Source of the DNA: Candidatus Omnitrophota bacterium
GTDB taxonomy: Bacteria > Omnitrophota > Gorgyraeia > Tantalellales > Tantalellaceae
DNA length: 64,000 nt
NCBI GenBank assembly: GCA_028715965.1
Contig: JAQUQS010000003.1
Coordinates: 78,494 to 142,493, forward strand
Direction: 5' to 3'
The stretch's first letter is position 1. Each line of letters starts with the position of its first letter. A program made the translations under genes and the position numbers. The notes beneath the pieces were generated by a model, which saw nothing but the letters and a program-made list of their open reading frames with translations, did no database searches and was not told the origin of the DNA. This document shows, piece after piece, positions 28,405 to 37,272 of the stretch.

Positions 28405-29007
28405 TTACGGAAATATAGTACCTTTTAGATATTTACGGGCATGCAAAAGTTTCTTCAATTCCTTGCGAACAGCGTTATAATACGTTTTCCACAACATAAG
28501 GCTTGGCGTCCTGAACTCCTTGTAGTCCGCGTCCACATATTCCTCGTCCTCAAGCACCATCTTGCCATTGACATTTTCGTAAAAAAGTATACCCGGGGTC
28601 TTGTCCAGGCTGAATTCCCGCGATAGTCTTTTCGATGTATCCTTGTCGGGTTTTCCCTCATTTGTGGTCTGCACCCTTATAAAGATCAGTTCGTCCGCGT
28701 ATTCCGGCGCGACATATTTGAGAAGCGACGCCACTCTTTGGGATTCAGGATCGACATTGGAGTAAAAGAACGCCACAAGAGGCATGTCTGTTTTTCTCTT
28801 TTCGTTCACTACCTTCCAATAGGACCCTTCAGGGACCATAGATACGGGGGTCCCGTCGAGCATTTCGTCCACCGGCAGGCTAACGATCTGGCGGACATCC
28901 TTCATGTCCACTTTGTTATCCTGGGCGTAAGTCCCCATGGCCAGGACACACATAAAGATCGTGATAATAAACAAGAATTCTACATGCCGGCTATGCTTCC
29001 GACCCAT
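28405..29007 (-). CDS. Hypothetical secreted protein (thioredoxin-fold-like, no CxxC)
   Basis: Signal-anchor, LVAFFYSN segment; no catalytic cysteines. Confidence 0.35.
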   Translation of the reverse strand: MGRKHSRHVEFLFIITIFMCVLAMGTYAQDNKVDMKDVRQIVSLPVDEMLDGTPVSMVPEGSYWKVVNEKRKTDMPLVAFFYSNVDPESQRVASLLKYVAPEYADELIFIRVQTTNEGKPDKDTSKRLSREFSLDKTPGILFYENVNGKMVLEDEEYVDADYKEFRTPSLMLWKTYYNAVRKELKKLLHARKYLKGTIFP

Positions 29008-29168
29008 GGATCCTCCCCCCGTGACAATGGACACGACCTACCACGAACCACCTGATAGATACAGTTTACCCTCTTTCCCTGGATTTTCAACATTATCGTT
29101 CATTATGCACTTCGTATTTTATTTTTGCGATATGCACCGTTAAGTGTATACTTTTTAAAAAGACCTGA

Positions 29169-30113
29169 ATGGACCAACTGATGGCAAAAACAATTACATA
29201 CGACTTCGCGATAAACTGGAACTCCCCTTATGATAGTTTTTTCGCGCGCGCGCTTAAGGAAAAATGTCTGTCTTCGGGGATCTCTTTCCTGTGGATCCAT
29301 TATTTCAACCGGGAAAAGATACTTCACCGGCTCAACAACGACCGTTTACGGCTGAAATGTCTAATGGATACCGAGGCTACGTACGAGGACCCGGATGATA
29401 TCTACTCAAAGATATGTTATGCCGCCAAGGATTCCGGAGGATTCGTTTTCAACGACCCCGACTCCACGCAACTCGCGATAGACAAGGCCTACATGTACCA
29501 TCGCCTGGTACGCGAGAACATCCCCGTGCCATATACCGTCATAATACGAAAATGGGACCCGAAAAAATACACTTTAACACAGAAAGATAAAGAAAAGCTT
29601 GGGGTCCCGTTCATTATCAAGCCCGCGCGTGGATACGCCCAGAAAGGGCTGGTACGGAACGCTACCGGCTCGGCCTATCAAATAAGAAAAGCCCGTTCTT
29701 TCGATCCCGATGATTCTTTCCTGCTCCAGGAAAAGGTCATCCCGGCCAGCCTGGACGGCAAACGCGCGTGGTTCCGCGTACTTAAGGTCTTCGACAAGAT
29801 AATATTATTCTGGTGGGATGACACTACATGCGTCTACCGAAAGGCGGTCCCAGGCGAAATAAAAAAATACGGCCTATCGGCCCTGGTCGAAATGACGGCC
29901 CTGTTGGGAGACATCACAGGCATGACATGGTTCTCTACGGAATTCGCCGGCGTCAGAGAACGGGACAAGCTGGAATTCGTATCGATCGACCCCATAAACG
30001 ACCAGTGCGATCTCACGCCTCGATCCGAAAAACCTAACGGTGTCCCCGACAATGTGGTCCTGTCAGTCGCAGATCACATACTCAAGAACATAAAAAAGAT
30101 CACCCACGCGTGA
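29169..30113 (+). CDS. Putative ATP-grasp fold protein
   Basis: VPFIIKPARGYAQKGLV and downstream acidic/hydrophobic pattern like RimK-type ATP-grasp; weak. Confidence 0.4.
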   Translation: MDQLMAKTITYDFAINWNSPYDSFFARALKEKCLSSGISFLWIHYFNREKILHRLNNDRLRLKCLMDTEATYEDPDDIYSKICYAAKDSGGFVFNDPDSTQLAIDKAYMYHRLVRENIPVPYTVIIRKWDPKKYTLTQKDKEKLGVPFIIKPARGYAQKGLVRNATGSAYQIRKARSFDPDDSFLLQEKVIPASLDGKRAWFRVLKVFDKIILFWWDDTTCVYRKAVPGEIKKYGLSALVEMTALLGDITGMTWFSTEFAGVRERDKLEFVSIDPINDQCDLTPRSEKPNGVPDNVVLSVADHILKNIKKITHA

Positions 30114-30134
30114 TCCACGTGAAAGCCCAAGCCT

Positions 30135-30494
30135 TCACATCCCCGTTCCCGGGATCTTTTGTTTGTTGGCTTCTTTCCTTTGTCTGCGGGCAAGTTCGCC
30201 GACAACGCTATCAGGGGACAGATCTTCCGCCTTGCTATAATGCTTCACGGCCTTATGGATACATTTAGCTCTTTTAGTCCCCTCTTTCCCCCGGCAACTC
30301 ACCGCTTTCTTGAACCAAGCGTCTCCCAGAAAGAACTGGGCCTTGGGCTTATCTGGCGTCATCCTCAACGCTTTCTGGTAAGCTTTTATCGCCTTGTCGA
30401 ATTTGCCCTTTATGAGATAGCTTTGCCCTAACAGCATATATTGCGTGGGGTATTTCAGGTCATCGTTATTTTTAAGAATGTCATCCCCCATCAT
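30135..30494 (-). CDS. TPR-repeat protein
   Basis: TPR-like helices (YMLLGQSYLIKGKFDKAIKAYQKALRM). Confidence 0.45.
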   Translation of the reverse strand: MMGDDILKNNDDLKYPTQYMLLGQSYLIKGKFDKAIKAYQKALRMTPDKPKAQFFLGDAWFKKAVSCRGKEGTKRAKCIHKAVKHYSKAEDLSPDSVVGELARRQRKEANKQKIPGTGM

Positions 30495-30501
30495 GATCCC
30501 C

Positions 30502-30858
30502 TCAGTCCATGGCTTTTATGTCATTATTTGCCCATACCGCCCATTTGCCAGACCCATATTTTTCTATAAGCCCTTTCAAGACAGTTTTAGCTTCAGTTTT
30601 TTGGCCGGCCTTCTCATAGCTCTTCCCGAGGTAATACATGGCCACTTCCGTCATAGCGCTTTCCGGGCATTCCTCTACCGCTTTTTTGAAACTTTCAATA
30701 GCCTCATCATATTTTTCCCTTTTATATTCCCTCTTGCCTTCATCATAAAGCTTCATCGAGTCCTTTATCGTCAACGCCAGACACGTTCCCTGCGCGAAAA
30801 AGACCGCAACAACAAGAACGGCCGTCACTATACCCGTAATATATCGTTTTTTTCTCAT
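30502..30858 (-). CDS. Secreted TPR-repeat protein
   Basis: Signal peptide plus TPR-like repeats (YDEAIESFKKAVEECPESAMTEVAMYYLGKSYEKAG). Confidence 0.45.
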   Translation of the reverse strand: MRKKRYITGIVTAVLVVAVFFAQGTCLALTIKDSMKLYDEGKREYKREKYDEAIESFKKAVEECPESAMTEVAMYYLGKSYEKAGQKTEAKTVLKGLIEKYGSGKWAVWANNDIKAMD

Positions 30859-30910
30859 TTTCCCTCCTTTTGGTGTTCTCCCCGTTAACCTGGCACCCGA
30901 AACACATCTG

Positions 30911-30952
30911 AAAATAAAAAAGCCGAAGTCATCGTCTCAGCGAACTTCGGCT
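30911..30952 (-). terminator. Rho-independent terminator closing the Fur-headed operon
   Basis: AGCCGAAGT...ACTTCGGCT 9-bp stem preceded on the plus strand by AAAATAAAAA. Confidence 0.55.
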
Positions 30953-31162
30953 CCTGTAAGAACCAAAATCCACTTCAGCTTCTATATTTTGTATATTGGC
31001 TTAAGTGTCTTTGGTTATTTCCACCACAAATTTGATATATTGCCTATATATCCTTCTCTTCCTTTTATGACCTGATCTAGACCCGTATCGTTAAGTATAC
31101 CCATATTTTTATATTAACAGATATAGCCACCATGTCAAGCACGGACAACGCCCAACCTCTTG

Positions 31163-31357
31163 TCAGGCTATCTTAAGGGCTCCTACGGGGCATACCCTCT
31201 CGCATCCTCGAAGCCTGTCACATTGGAGTTCATCCCTAACCCCGCATTTCCCGCTGGTACGGTCTATATAAAGTATCTTCGTCGGGCACAGGTCCACACA
31301 CGCCCCACAACCGATACATTTATCTTCGTCGATCATTACTATTTTACGCACGGCCAT
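31163..31357 (-). CDS. 4Fe-4S ferredoxin (two-cluster)
   Basis: CIGCGACVDLCP and CDRLRGCERVCP motifs; 64 aa. Confidence 0.75.
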   Translation of the reverse strand: MAVRKIVMIDEDKCIGCGACVDLCPTKILYIDRTSGKCGVRDELQCDRLRGCERVCPVGALKIA

Positions 31358-31414
31358 ACCTCCGTGACCAGAACACGCGGTCCACTCCGGACATTTCCCG
31401 CGCGAACAGCATTA

Positions 31415-32032
31415 TCATGTTTTTCGCGCGGCTATCATCCAAATACACGCGTTATCATACCTCTTGACCCGATAGCCTCTTTTTTCCAGCCACTCACTTG
31501 CGTCTTCCGGCCCCAATAGAGAACTCTCGTGTTTTCGTCCTTCGGCCGCGTGCACATCTTCAATGATCCTGAGGCCCTTATCATTAAGATCCGAGATCAT
31601 GAACAGACCTTCGGGAGACAACACTCTATCTATCTCGTTAAAAACACCGTCCAGGGCCGATATATGATGTAGCGCTTCGGCCATAAAAATGTTAACAAAG
31701 GAATGGTCCGGGAATTCCAGGGACCCGGCATCCATTTTATGAAGTTCTACTTTGCCATTAAGCCCCTCATGCGCCAGATTGAGGACGGTGGTCCTGAGCA
31801 TAACCTCGTTATTATCTATCGAGGTTATATCATATCCTTTCCTCGCCAGGCAAAGCGCCATCATTCCTCTGCCTGAGCCTATATCCAGTATCTTGCCGCT
31901 CAACGGCCCGGCTTTCTCCAGTACTAATTCCTTGTTCCAAAGAAAATCCAGGCCTTTCCCCCGGTAAAGCGCATATCTCGCTTCAAAAACCTTTCGCGCT
32001 GCTTCTATCTCCGCGTCGGTCAACCGCGCCAT
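31415..32032 (-). CDS. Class I SAM-dependent methyltransferase
   Basis: Motif I ILDIGSGRGMMAL, acidic residue after beta-2 (ITSIDNN), motif post-I. Confidence 0.75.
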   Translation of the reverse strand: MARLTDAEIEAARKVFEARYALYRGKGLDFLWNKELVLEKAGPLSGKILDIGSGRGMMALCLARKGYDITSIDNNEVMLRTTVLNLAHEGLNGKVELHKMDAGSLEFPDHSFVNIFMAEALHHISALDGVFNEIDRVLSPEGLFMISDLNDKGLRIIEDVHAAEGRKHESSLLGPEDASEWLEKRGYRVKRYDNACIWMIAARKT

Positions 32033-32068
32033 GTACCTCATAACTATCATCCTTCCCGGACCATGCTT

Positions 32069-32932
32069 CTATCCCGCCCCTATCGACGTAACGGCCTCCC
32101 AAGCCTCCCTGATAGCCCGGGTAGTCACGTTCTCGGCATATTCGATTATGGTCTTCCCCTCTACCATGGCCTTCACAACGTCCTCATCGAACCCGATCCT
32201 GGCTATCACATCTATTTTCTCACCACAGCAATAAGCTCGTATATCGTCGGCCATGCGTTCGTTCAGGTCATATTTATTTATTATGAACATGACGGGCACG
32301 TTGAAATGTCTTGCCATGGCGACCACACGCTTCGCGTCATGTAACCCCGACAGAGTAGGCTCCGTGACCACAATAGCCGCGTTCGCTCCGGAAAGGGACG
32401 CGATCACCGGGCACCCGATGCCGGGAGAACCATCCACTATGACCCATTCATGCCCATCTTTTTCAGCGATCTCTTTTGCTTTGCCCTTGACCAGGCTTAC
32501 AAGCTTACCCGAGTTCTCTTCGGCTATGCCCAACCTGGCATGGACCATAGGACCAAACCTCGTATCCGAGACGAACCACTCGCCCGTTACGTTCTCTTTC
32601 ATCTCAATGGCTTTTTCCGGGCAGATAAAAGAACAGAAAGCGCATCCTTCGCACGAAATGGGGTCGACCTTAAAATCGGCAGTTACTGCCCTAAACCTGC
32701 ATATGCCCCGGCACAAACCGCATTTCACGCATTTCTCCGGGTTTATCTCCGCGGTTTTCCCGCTCTTGAACATGCCATTCTGCCTTGTTGCCGGATCAAG
32801 CAATAGATGAAGGTCGGCCGCGTCAACATCACAATCCACCATGACCTTGCTCCGCGCGATAGCGGCAAAAGACGCGGTTATGACGGTCTTCCCAGTACCC
32901 CCTTTTCCACTTATGACAACTACCTGCTTCAT
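32069..32932 (-). CDS. MinD/ParA-superfamily P-loop ATPase with inserted 4Fe-4S ferredoxin domain (COG1149-type)
   Basis: Deviant Walker A GKGGTGKT; inserted CVKCGLCRGIC and CEGCAFCSFICP cluster motifs. Confidence 0.8.
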   Translation of the reverse strand: MKQVVVISGKGGTGKTVITASFAAIARSKVMVDCDVDAADLHLLLDPATRQNGMFKSGKTAEINPEKCVKCGLCRGICRFRAVTADFKVDPISCEGCAFCSFICPEKAIEMKENVTGEWFVSDTRFGPMVHARLGIAEENSGKLVSLVKGKAKEIAEKDGHEWVIVDGSPGIGCPVIASLSGANAAIVVTEPTLSGLHDAKRVVAMARHFNVPVMFIINKYDLNERMADDIRAYCCGEKIDVIARIGFDEDVVKAMVEGKTIIEYAENVTTRAIREAWEAVTSIGAG

Positions 32933-33786
32933 CTCGACATCTCTTCCTCAAGTTTTTTCACCAAACCGGCGAATTCGTCCCTATACTCAGGGAACGCTTC
33001 CACAATGGATATCCCCCTGGAATATTCAGCCGCTATCTCTTTACTGAACGGGATCTTCATGAGCACAGGTATCCCCTCTTGCGCGCAATATTCCTCCGTT
33101 CTTTCGTCACCCAAACCATGGCGGTTTATGACCACACCGAACGGTATGTCCATTTTCTTTATGACTTCCACGGTCAGCCTGAGGTCGTGTAGACCGAAAG
33201 GCGTGGGTTCTGTGACCAATACACAGGCATCAGACCCGTGTATGGCCGTTATAACAGGGCAAGTGGTCCCCGGCGGAGCATCGACAATGACCGTCCTCCC
33301 CTTATTAAGCTTGTGCTTCACGGCCCGTATCACGGGAGGCGACATGGCTTCACCTATATTCATCCTGCCATGCACGAATTCGAGCTCTCCACGATACCCG
33401 ACCTCGACAACGCCAACCTTTCTTTTCTCTTCTTTGATGGCGTTCTCGGGGCAAAAATACCTGCATGACCCGCAACCGTGGCAGAGTTCCCGGAACACAA
33501 GTGCCCTGCCCGCGGTTCTACCTGAACCAGGAAGAACTGCTATGGCATTATACGCGCATACTTCAGCGCATCTGCCGCATAACGTACATATATCCTCATC
33601 GATCCTGGGCACATAAATGAACACATCTTCCGTTCTTTTTATATCAGGTTTGATAAAAATATGGGCGTTGGGTTCCTCCGCGTCGCAATCCAAAAGCTGC
33701 ACCGGTCCCGGGAGGGATAGGGCCAAGGCCGTACTTACCGTGGTCTTCCCTGTTCCGCCCTTACCGCTGGCGACGGATATTATCAT
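32929..33786 (-). CDS. MinD/ParA-superfamily P-loop ATPase with inserted 4Fe-4S ferredoxin domain, paralogue
   Basis: SGKGGTGKTT; CTLCGRCAEVC and CHGCGSCRYFCP. Confidence 0.8.
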   Translation of the reverse strand: MIISVASGKGGTGKTTVSTALALSLPGPVQLLDCDAEEPNAHIFIKPDIKRTEDVFIYVPRIDEDICTLCGRCAEVCAYNAIAVLPGSGRTAGRALVFRELCHGCGSCRYFCPENAIKEEKRKVGVVEVGYRGELEFVHGRMNIGEAMSPPVIRAVKHKLNKGRTVIVDAPPGTTCPVITAIHGSDACVLVTEPTPFGLHDLRLTVEVIKKMDIPFGVVINRHGLGDERTEEYCAQEGIPVLMKIPFSKEIAAEYSRGISIVEAFPEYRDEFAGLVKKLEEEMSR

Positions 33787-34163
33787 TGTCCTTCCTCTTT
33801 TTGCGTACCGAAATGCGGCTCCACACTGGGACCGGCGGATGTCTTCGTTCTTCCGGCCTTATAAGCGCCTATAGCGTCCTCTACGGTCCCGGAAACCCCC
33901 GTTATCACCTCTATGCCCGAAGCGGACAATGTTTGAAAAGCGTTGGGACCCACATTACCGGTAAGCACAGCCTTTACTTTCTGTTGGGCCATATACTGTC
34001 CGGCCCTTATACCCACGCCTCCAGTTCCGTCCCTGTCGCTGTTCTCGACAAATTCTTTTTCACCCGACTCGGTATCAAATATCAAAAAATACCCGCATCT
34101 TCCGAACCTGGGGTCTACACGCGAATCCAGGCTGTCTTTTTCCGCCGTGATACATATCCTCAT
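33783..34163 (-). CDS. NifX/NafY/NifB-C-terminal-like domain protein (dinitrogenase FeMo-cofactor-binding fold, COG1433)
   Basis: FGRCGYFLIFD and a downstream AVLTGNVGPNAF Gly-rich motif characteristic of PF02579. Confidence 0.7.
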   Translation of the reverse strand: MRICITAEKDSLDSRVDPRFGRCGYFLIFDTESGEKEFVENSDRDGTGGVGIRAGQYMAQQKVKAVLTGNVGPNAFQTLSASGIEVITGVSGTVEDAIGAYKAGRTKTSAGPSVEPHFGTQKEEGQ

Positions 34164-34178
34164 TTTCCTCTCCTCGCT

Positions 34179-34565
34179 TCAATGCCCGTCACCATGATCA
34201 CATACCGTTTTATCCAATCCGTATCCCTTTCCCGCTCCGGGCTTACAGGAACTGTCCCCTCCATGGAGCTTACCCTTTGCCATTTCTAGCATAACTTCAT
34301 CGATCGCCCCGTTCACTCCTACAATTACCTGTATACCTCTCTCGGAAAAAAGTTGTATGGCCCTCTGCCCCATACCTCCGGCAATTATGCATTCAACGCC
34401 TTTTCCGCCCAGGAATTCCGGGAGAAACCCCGGATGATGCCCCGGGTTCGATATCACTTCTTTAACGCCAACCTTGCCTTCTTGTATATCAACTATCGTG
34501 AACGAAGGACATCGGCCGAAATGCTCGGATACGACCTCTCCGTCCGTGGAAATAGCGATCTTCAT
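34179..34565 (-). CDS. NifX/NafY-like domain protein (COG1433), second copy
   Basis: MKIAISTDGEVVSEHFGRCPSFTIVD and CIIAGGMGQRA motifs. Confidence 0.7.
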   Translation of the reverse strand: MKIAISTDGEVVSEHFGRCPSFTIVDIQEGKVGVKEVISNPGHHPGFLPEFLGGKGVECIIAGGMGQRAIQLFSERGIQVIVGVNGAIDEVMLEMAKGKLHGGDSSCKPGAGKGYGLDKTVCDHGDGH

Positions 34566-34588
34566 GTCTTCCCCCATTCTTCTGTCTA

Positions 34589-34924
34589 TTACTGTTCGTC
34601 GCTCTTTTCCAGTTCGGCTATACGCGCGCGGATATCCCCGAGCTGCGCTTCAAGCGCCTCCGCTTCCGCCTTGAGCATGCCCTTTTCCTCCCGGGCCGTC
34701 ACATGTCCGGCTGGATACCCATAATATCCGGCCCTCTGCCATCCCGTAAGTCCTGTCGCGTAGTATCGATTCCTCCGCCCGCGACCACCGCGGCCTCTTA
34801 TTCCCATTCCTCCGCCCGCGACCACCGGACGATCTGAAGGCATTACGCAATAGCCCCTGCCCCCGCCTGTCATCGGCCCCACACCAGCGGGACCCGTTCC
34901 GTCAAAACCTGGCATAGTACTCAC
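34589..34924 (-). CDS. DUF5320-like protein (Gly/Pro/Met-rich N-terminus, coiled-coil C-terminus)
   Basis: MPGFDGTGPAGVGPMTGGGRGYC N-terminal motif and C-terminal coiled coil (LKAEAEALEAQLGDIRARIAELEK). Confidence 0.55.
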   Translation of the reverse strand: MSTMPGFDGTGPAGVGPMTGGGRGYCVMPSDRPVVAGGGMGIRGRGGRGRRNRYYATGLTGWQRAGYYGYPAGHVTAREEKGMLKAEAEALEAQLGDIRARIAELEKSDEQ

Positions 34925-35438
34925 CTCCTCTTTCCATCTTTATCCTTACACTTATCGCAAAGACCGTAAAACTGTATAAGATGGCCTTTTATCTCAAACC
35001 TGTATTTTTTCGAAAGACCTTTTTCCGCCCGTTCCAGGAACTCTATCTCATCATCGACGAATTCCGAATAATCTATCACCCTCCTGCACCCTGTACACAC
35101 AAGATGATGATGATGTTTTGTTCCCGCCCCATTAACGGATTCATAACGCGCCCGTCCGTCCCCAAAATCGAACTTTGACAATAACCCCATGTCTGTAAGG
35201 ACCTCCAGCGTCCTGTAAACAGTGGTAAGCCCTATCTGAGGACACATCTCGTGGACTTTCATATATATGTCTTCCGCGCTCAAATGCCCGGGCGTACACT
35301 GCAATACATCTATTATCGCTTTACGCGGAGCGGTGAACCTGTACCCGCACCCCCTGAACCTATGGCCCCAATTCTCCCCGCATCTTCCCGCTCTTCCCGC
35401 TCTTCCCTGCATATATTGCCTTCCTTGTTTATTGAAAA
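34921..35438 (-). CDS. fur: Fur-family metalloregulator
   Basis: DNA-binding helix ...RKAIIDVL...GLTTVYRTLEVL, metal sites HHHHLVCTGC and CDKC. Alternative start at 35412 (MQGRAG...). Confidence 0.8.
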
Positions 35439-35442
35439 TGGT
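35424..35442 (-). promoter_or_regulatory. Fur box overlapping the fur start codon
   Basis: Minus-strand reading GATAATGAAAACCATTTTC matches 16 of 19 positions of the consensus GATAATGATAATCATTATC. Confidence 0.55.
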
Positions 35443-35619
35443 TTTCATTATCAATTATACCTGACAAAACTGTTTTAGTCAATAAAAAACCGACCGATCT
35501 ATATCAATACCGGTAAACAACAGATCTTGGAAAAAGTACTGAAGGAATATGCTATACAGCCGCGCGAGCGCGTTCCCGACAGTACTCTAGCGGACCGACT
35601 CGGTAACGCCCCTCTTTTA

Positions 35620-36756
35620 TCAGAAGACTACATATGACATCGCCTTTTTAAGGATCCTTGTCTGCCTGCCCAGGTCCTCGATCGAGCGTATCTTAAGCCC
35701 ACACTTACGCGCCTCCCGTATCTTCTCGACCGTTACCTCCCCAAATCCCGGCACGCGAAGAAGCCTGGACACCTCGTCCCGGTTAACATCCACGGGGAAG
35801 AACTCGGGATGCGCTTTAGCCCAGGCCTCCTTGGGATCGCACTCGAGAGAGAGCTTCCCCCCGGATCCGAACGGTATTTCGTCGGCGGTAAAACCGTATT
35901 TGCGCATAAGCCAGTCAACCTGGTAAAGCCTGTGCTCCCGCGTCAACAGATCGGCGTTGCTTCCGCCCGACACCTCTCCCGGAAGGTCCGACGCGCCCGC
36001 TCCGCGCTGGTACGCGCTAAAATACACTCGACAAAGACCCAGGTTCCTGTAAAGCCCCCATGACGCCTTGACTATTTCCTCGTCCGTATCGGAAGCCGCG
36101 CCGACAACGAATTGTGTCGTCTGTTTTACCCGCGAGAACTCTCCTCCTCTGGCTGTAAGACGGCTAATAAGCTTCAAGGGACGCACTATATCATTCTTAA
36201 AATCCTTTGTCGTACTGAGTTCCCGGAACCTGGCCGCCGTAGCGGTCTCAACATTTATCGACACCGCCGTAGCGAGGGACAGGCTCCGGCGCACAGCCGC
36301 GTCTGACGCCCCGGGTATGATCTTCAGGTGTATATATCCCCTGAATCCACTACGTCGCAGGGCCCCGGCGGTCCTGTTGATGCCATCCATCACAGCGTCG
36401 GGCTTTCCTCCTACACCGCTTGACAGGAAAAGTCCGCTCACCTTGCGCGCCCTGTAATATGAAAGGAACGTCCGGGCCAGTTCTTCCGGAACGAGGCCGC
36501 ACCTGGGGACATCTCTACCCGCCCTTAGAGGACAGTACTTGCAATTATTAACGCATTCGTTGGAAAGGAGCGTTTTGAACAAAAATGTCCGTCGCCCGTC
36601 GGGGAACGTGACCGGATATATCCACTTATCGGTCTCTGAACGTTTACGATGTTCGTCCTGTCGCGTAGCGCACGCGCAAGCCAGGTCATATCGCGAATCC
36701 CTTGAAAGGACCCTGAGCTTCTCATTCGTATCCATCGTTTTCTTTATCATCACCAT
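35620..36756 (-). CDS. Radical SAM protein with C-terminal helix-hairpin-helix (putative DNA modification/repair radical SAM family)
   Basis: CVNNCKYC (CxxxCxxC) cluster motif; C-terminal LLRVPGFGEVTVEKIREAR HhH-like segment. Confidence 0.6.
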   Translation of the reverse strand: MVMIKKTMDTNEKLRVLSRDSRYDLACACATRQDEHRKRSETDKWIYPVTFPDGRRTFLFKTLLSNECVNNCKYCPLRAGRDVPRCGLVPEELARTFLSYYRARKVSGLFLSSGVGGKPDAVMDGINRTAGALRRSGFRGYIHLKIIPGASDAAVRRSLSLATAVSINVETATAARFRELSTTKDFKNDIVRPLKLISRLTARGGEFSRVKQTTQFVVGAASDTDEEIVKASWGLYRNLGLCRVYFSAYQRGAGASDLPGEVSGGSNADLLTREHRLYQVDWLMRKYGFTADEIPFGSGGKLSLECDPKEAWAKAHPEFFPVDVNRDEVSRLLRVPGFGEVTVEKIREARKCGLKIRSIEDLGRQTRILKKAMSYVVF

Positions 36757-36963
36757 ACAGGCCCTCTTACGCCCCCCGCAGGTCTCTCACCATTTCGTCT
36801 TCAGTCACCCCTGATCGCCTATTACTCGAACATTTTCACGGCCCAGGTATACATAGCTAATATAACTAACCACCACACATAGTGGGCTATAACCCGAAGG
36901 GTTATTGAAAGGCCGGATATACACCGGAGATACGACAACCTTACCATGTCCTGTTTTTTCGTC

Positions 36964-37058
36964 GTATGATGAGCGATGTGGCGTGAGCGAGTTCCGCAGA
37001 CCAAGGGCTGACCGAAAGTCGAGGACTGTTTGAGCTGTAGCCACATCCCGGATCATAC
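36964..37058. repeat. Conserved-core hairpin element, copy A
   Basis: GTATGAT..GATGTGGC stem closing core AGTTCCGCAG...CGAGGACTGTTTGAG..GTAG then GCCACATC..ATCATAC. The same core recurs at 54085-54160 with a different closing stem. Confidence 0.6.
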
Positions 37059-37060
37059 TT

Positions 37061-37079
37061 CTTATCTATAATAGATAAG
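37061..37079. promoter_or_regulatory. Perfect 19-bp palindrome CTTATCTATAATAGATAAG
   Basis: 9-bp arms around a central A, immediately 3' of hairpin A; candidate protein-binding site. Confidence 0.3.
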
Positions 37080-37118
37080 ATCTTTTACAGGTTTAGCTGG
37101 GGCTGAACCTGCCCTCTT

Positions 37119-37170
37119 AAAACAAAAAACCTTCGGCGGATCGCTAACCCGCCGAAGGTTTTACTTTTTT
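37119..37170. terminator. Bidirectional rho-independent terminator
   Basis: AAAACAAAAAA, then CCTTCGGCGG-atcgctaac-CCGCCGAAGG, then TTTTACTTTTTT: a perfect 10-bp stem with an A-tract 5' and a T-tract 3'. Confidence 0.65.
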
Positions 37171-37272
37171 ACCGTCCAGGTTCCCCCTTCGAACTCAGGA
37201 CCTTCCAGCAATGTCTATCAAAGTTTACCCCTGAACAGCTCCTTTGTCAAATACCGTTGCCATGCCAGTGAG

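Noticed and set aside
36822-37046. Minus-strand ORFs 36822..37046 and 53949..54152 whose products both begin M(W/Y)L(Q/R)LKQSS
   Set aside because: The shared N-terminus is a by-product of the conserved nucleotide core of the hairpin repeat. The rest of the two translations is unrelated, so these are not protein-coding paralogues.
36757-37272. Possible tRNA/tmRNA/RNase P RNA in the 0.5-kb non-coding region; also checked intergenic regions at 53690-54176, 54462-54592 and 63389-63571
   Set aside because: No GTTCGAATC-type T-loop, no acceptor-stem/CCA arrangement, and no RNase P P4 consensus that I could recognise. This needs tRNAscan/Infernal to be certain.
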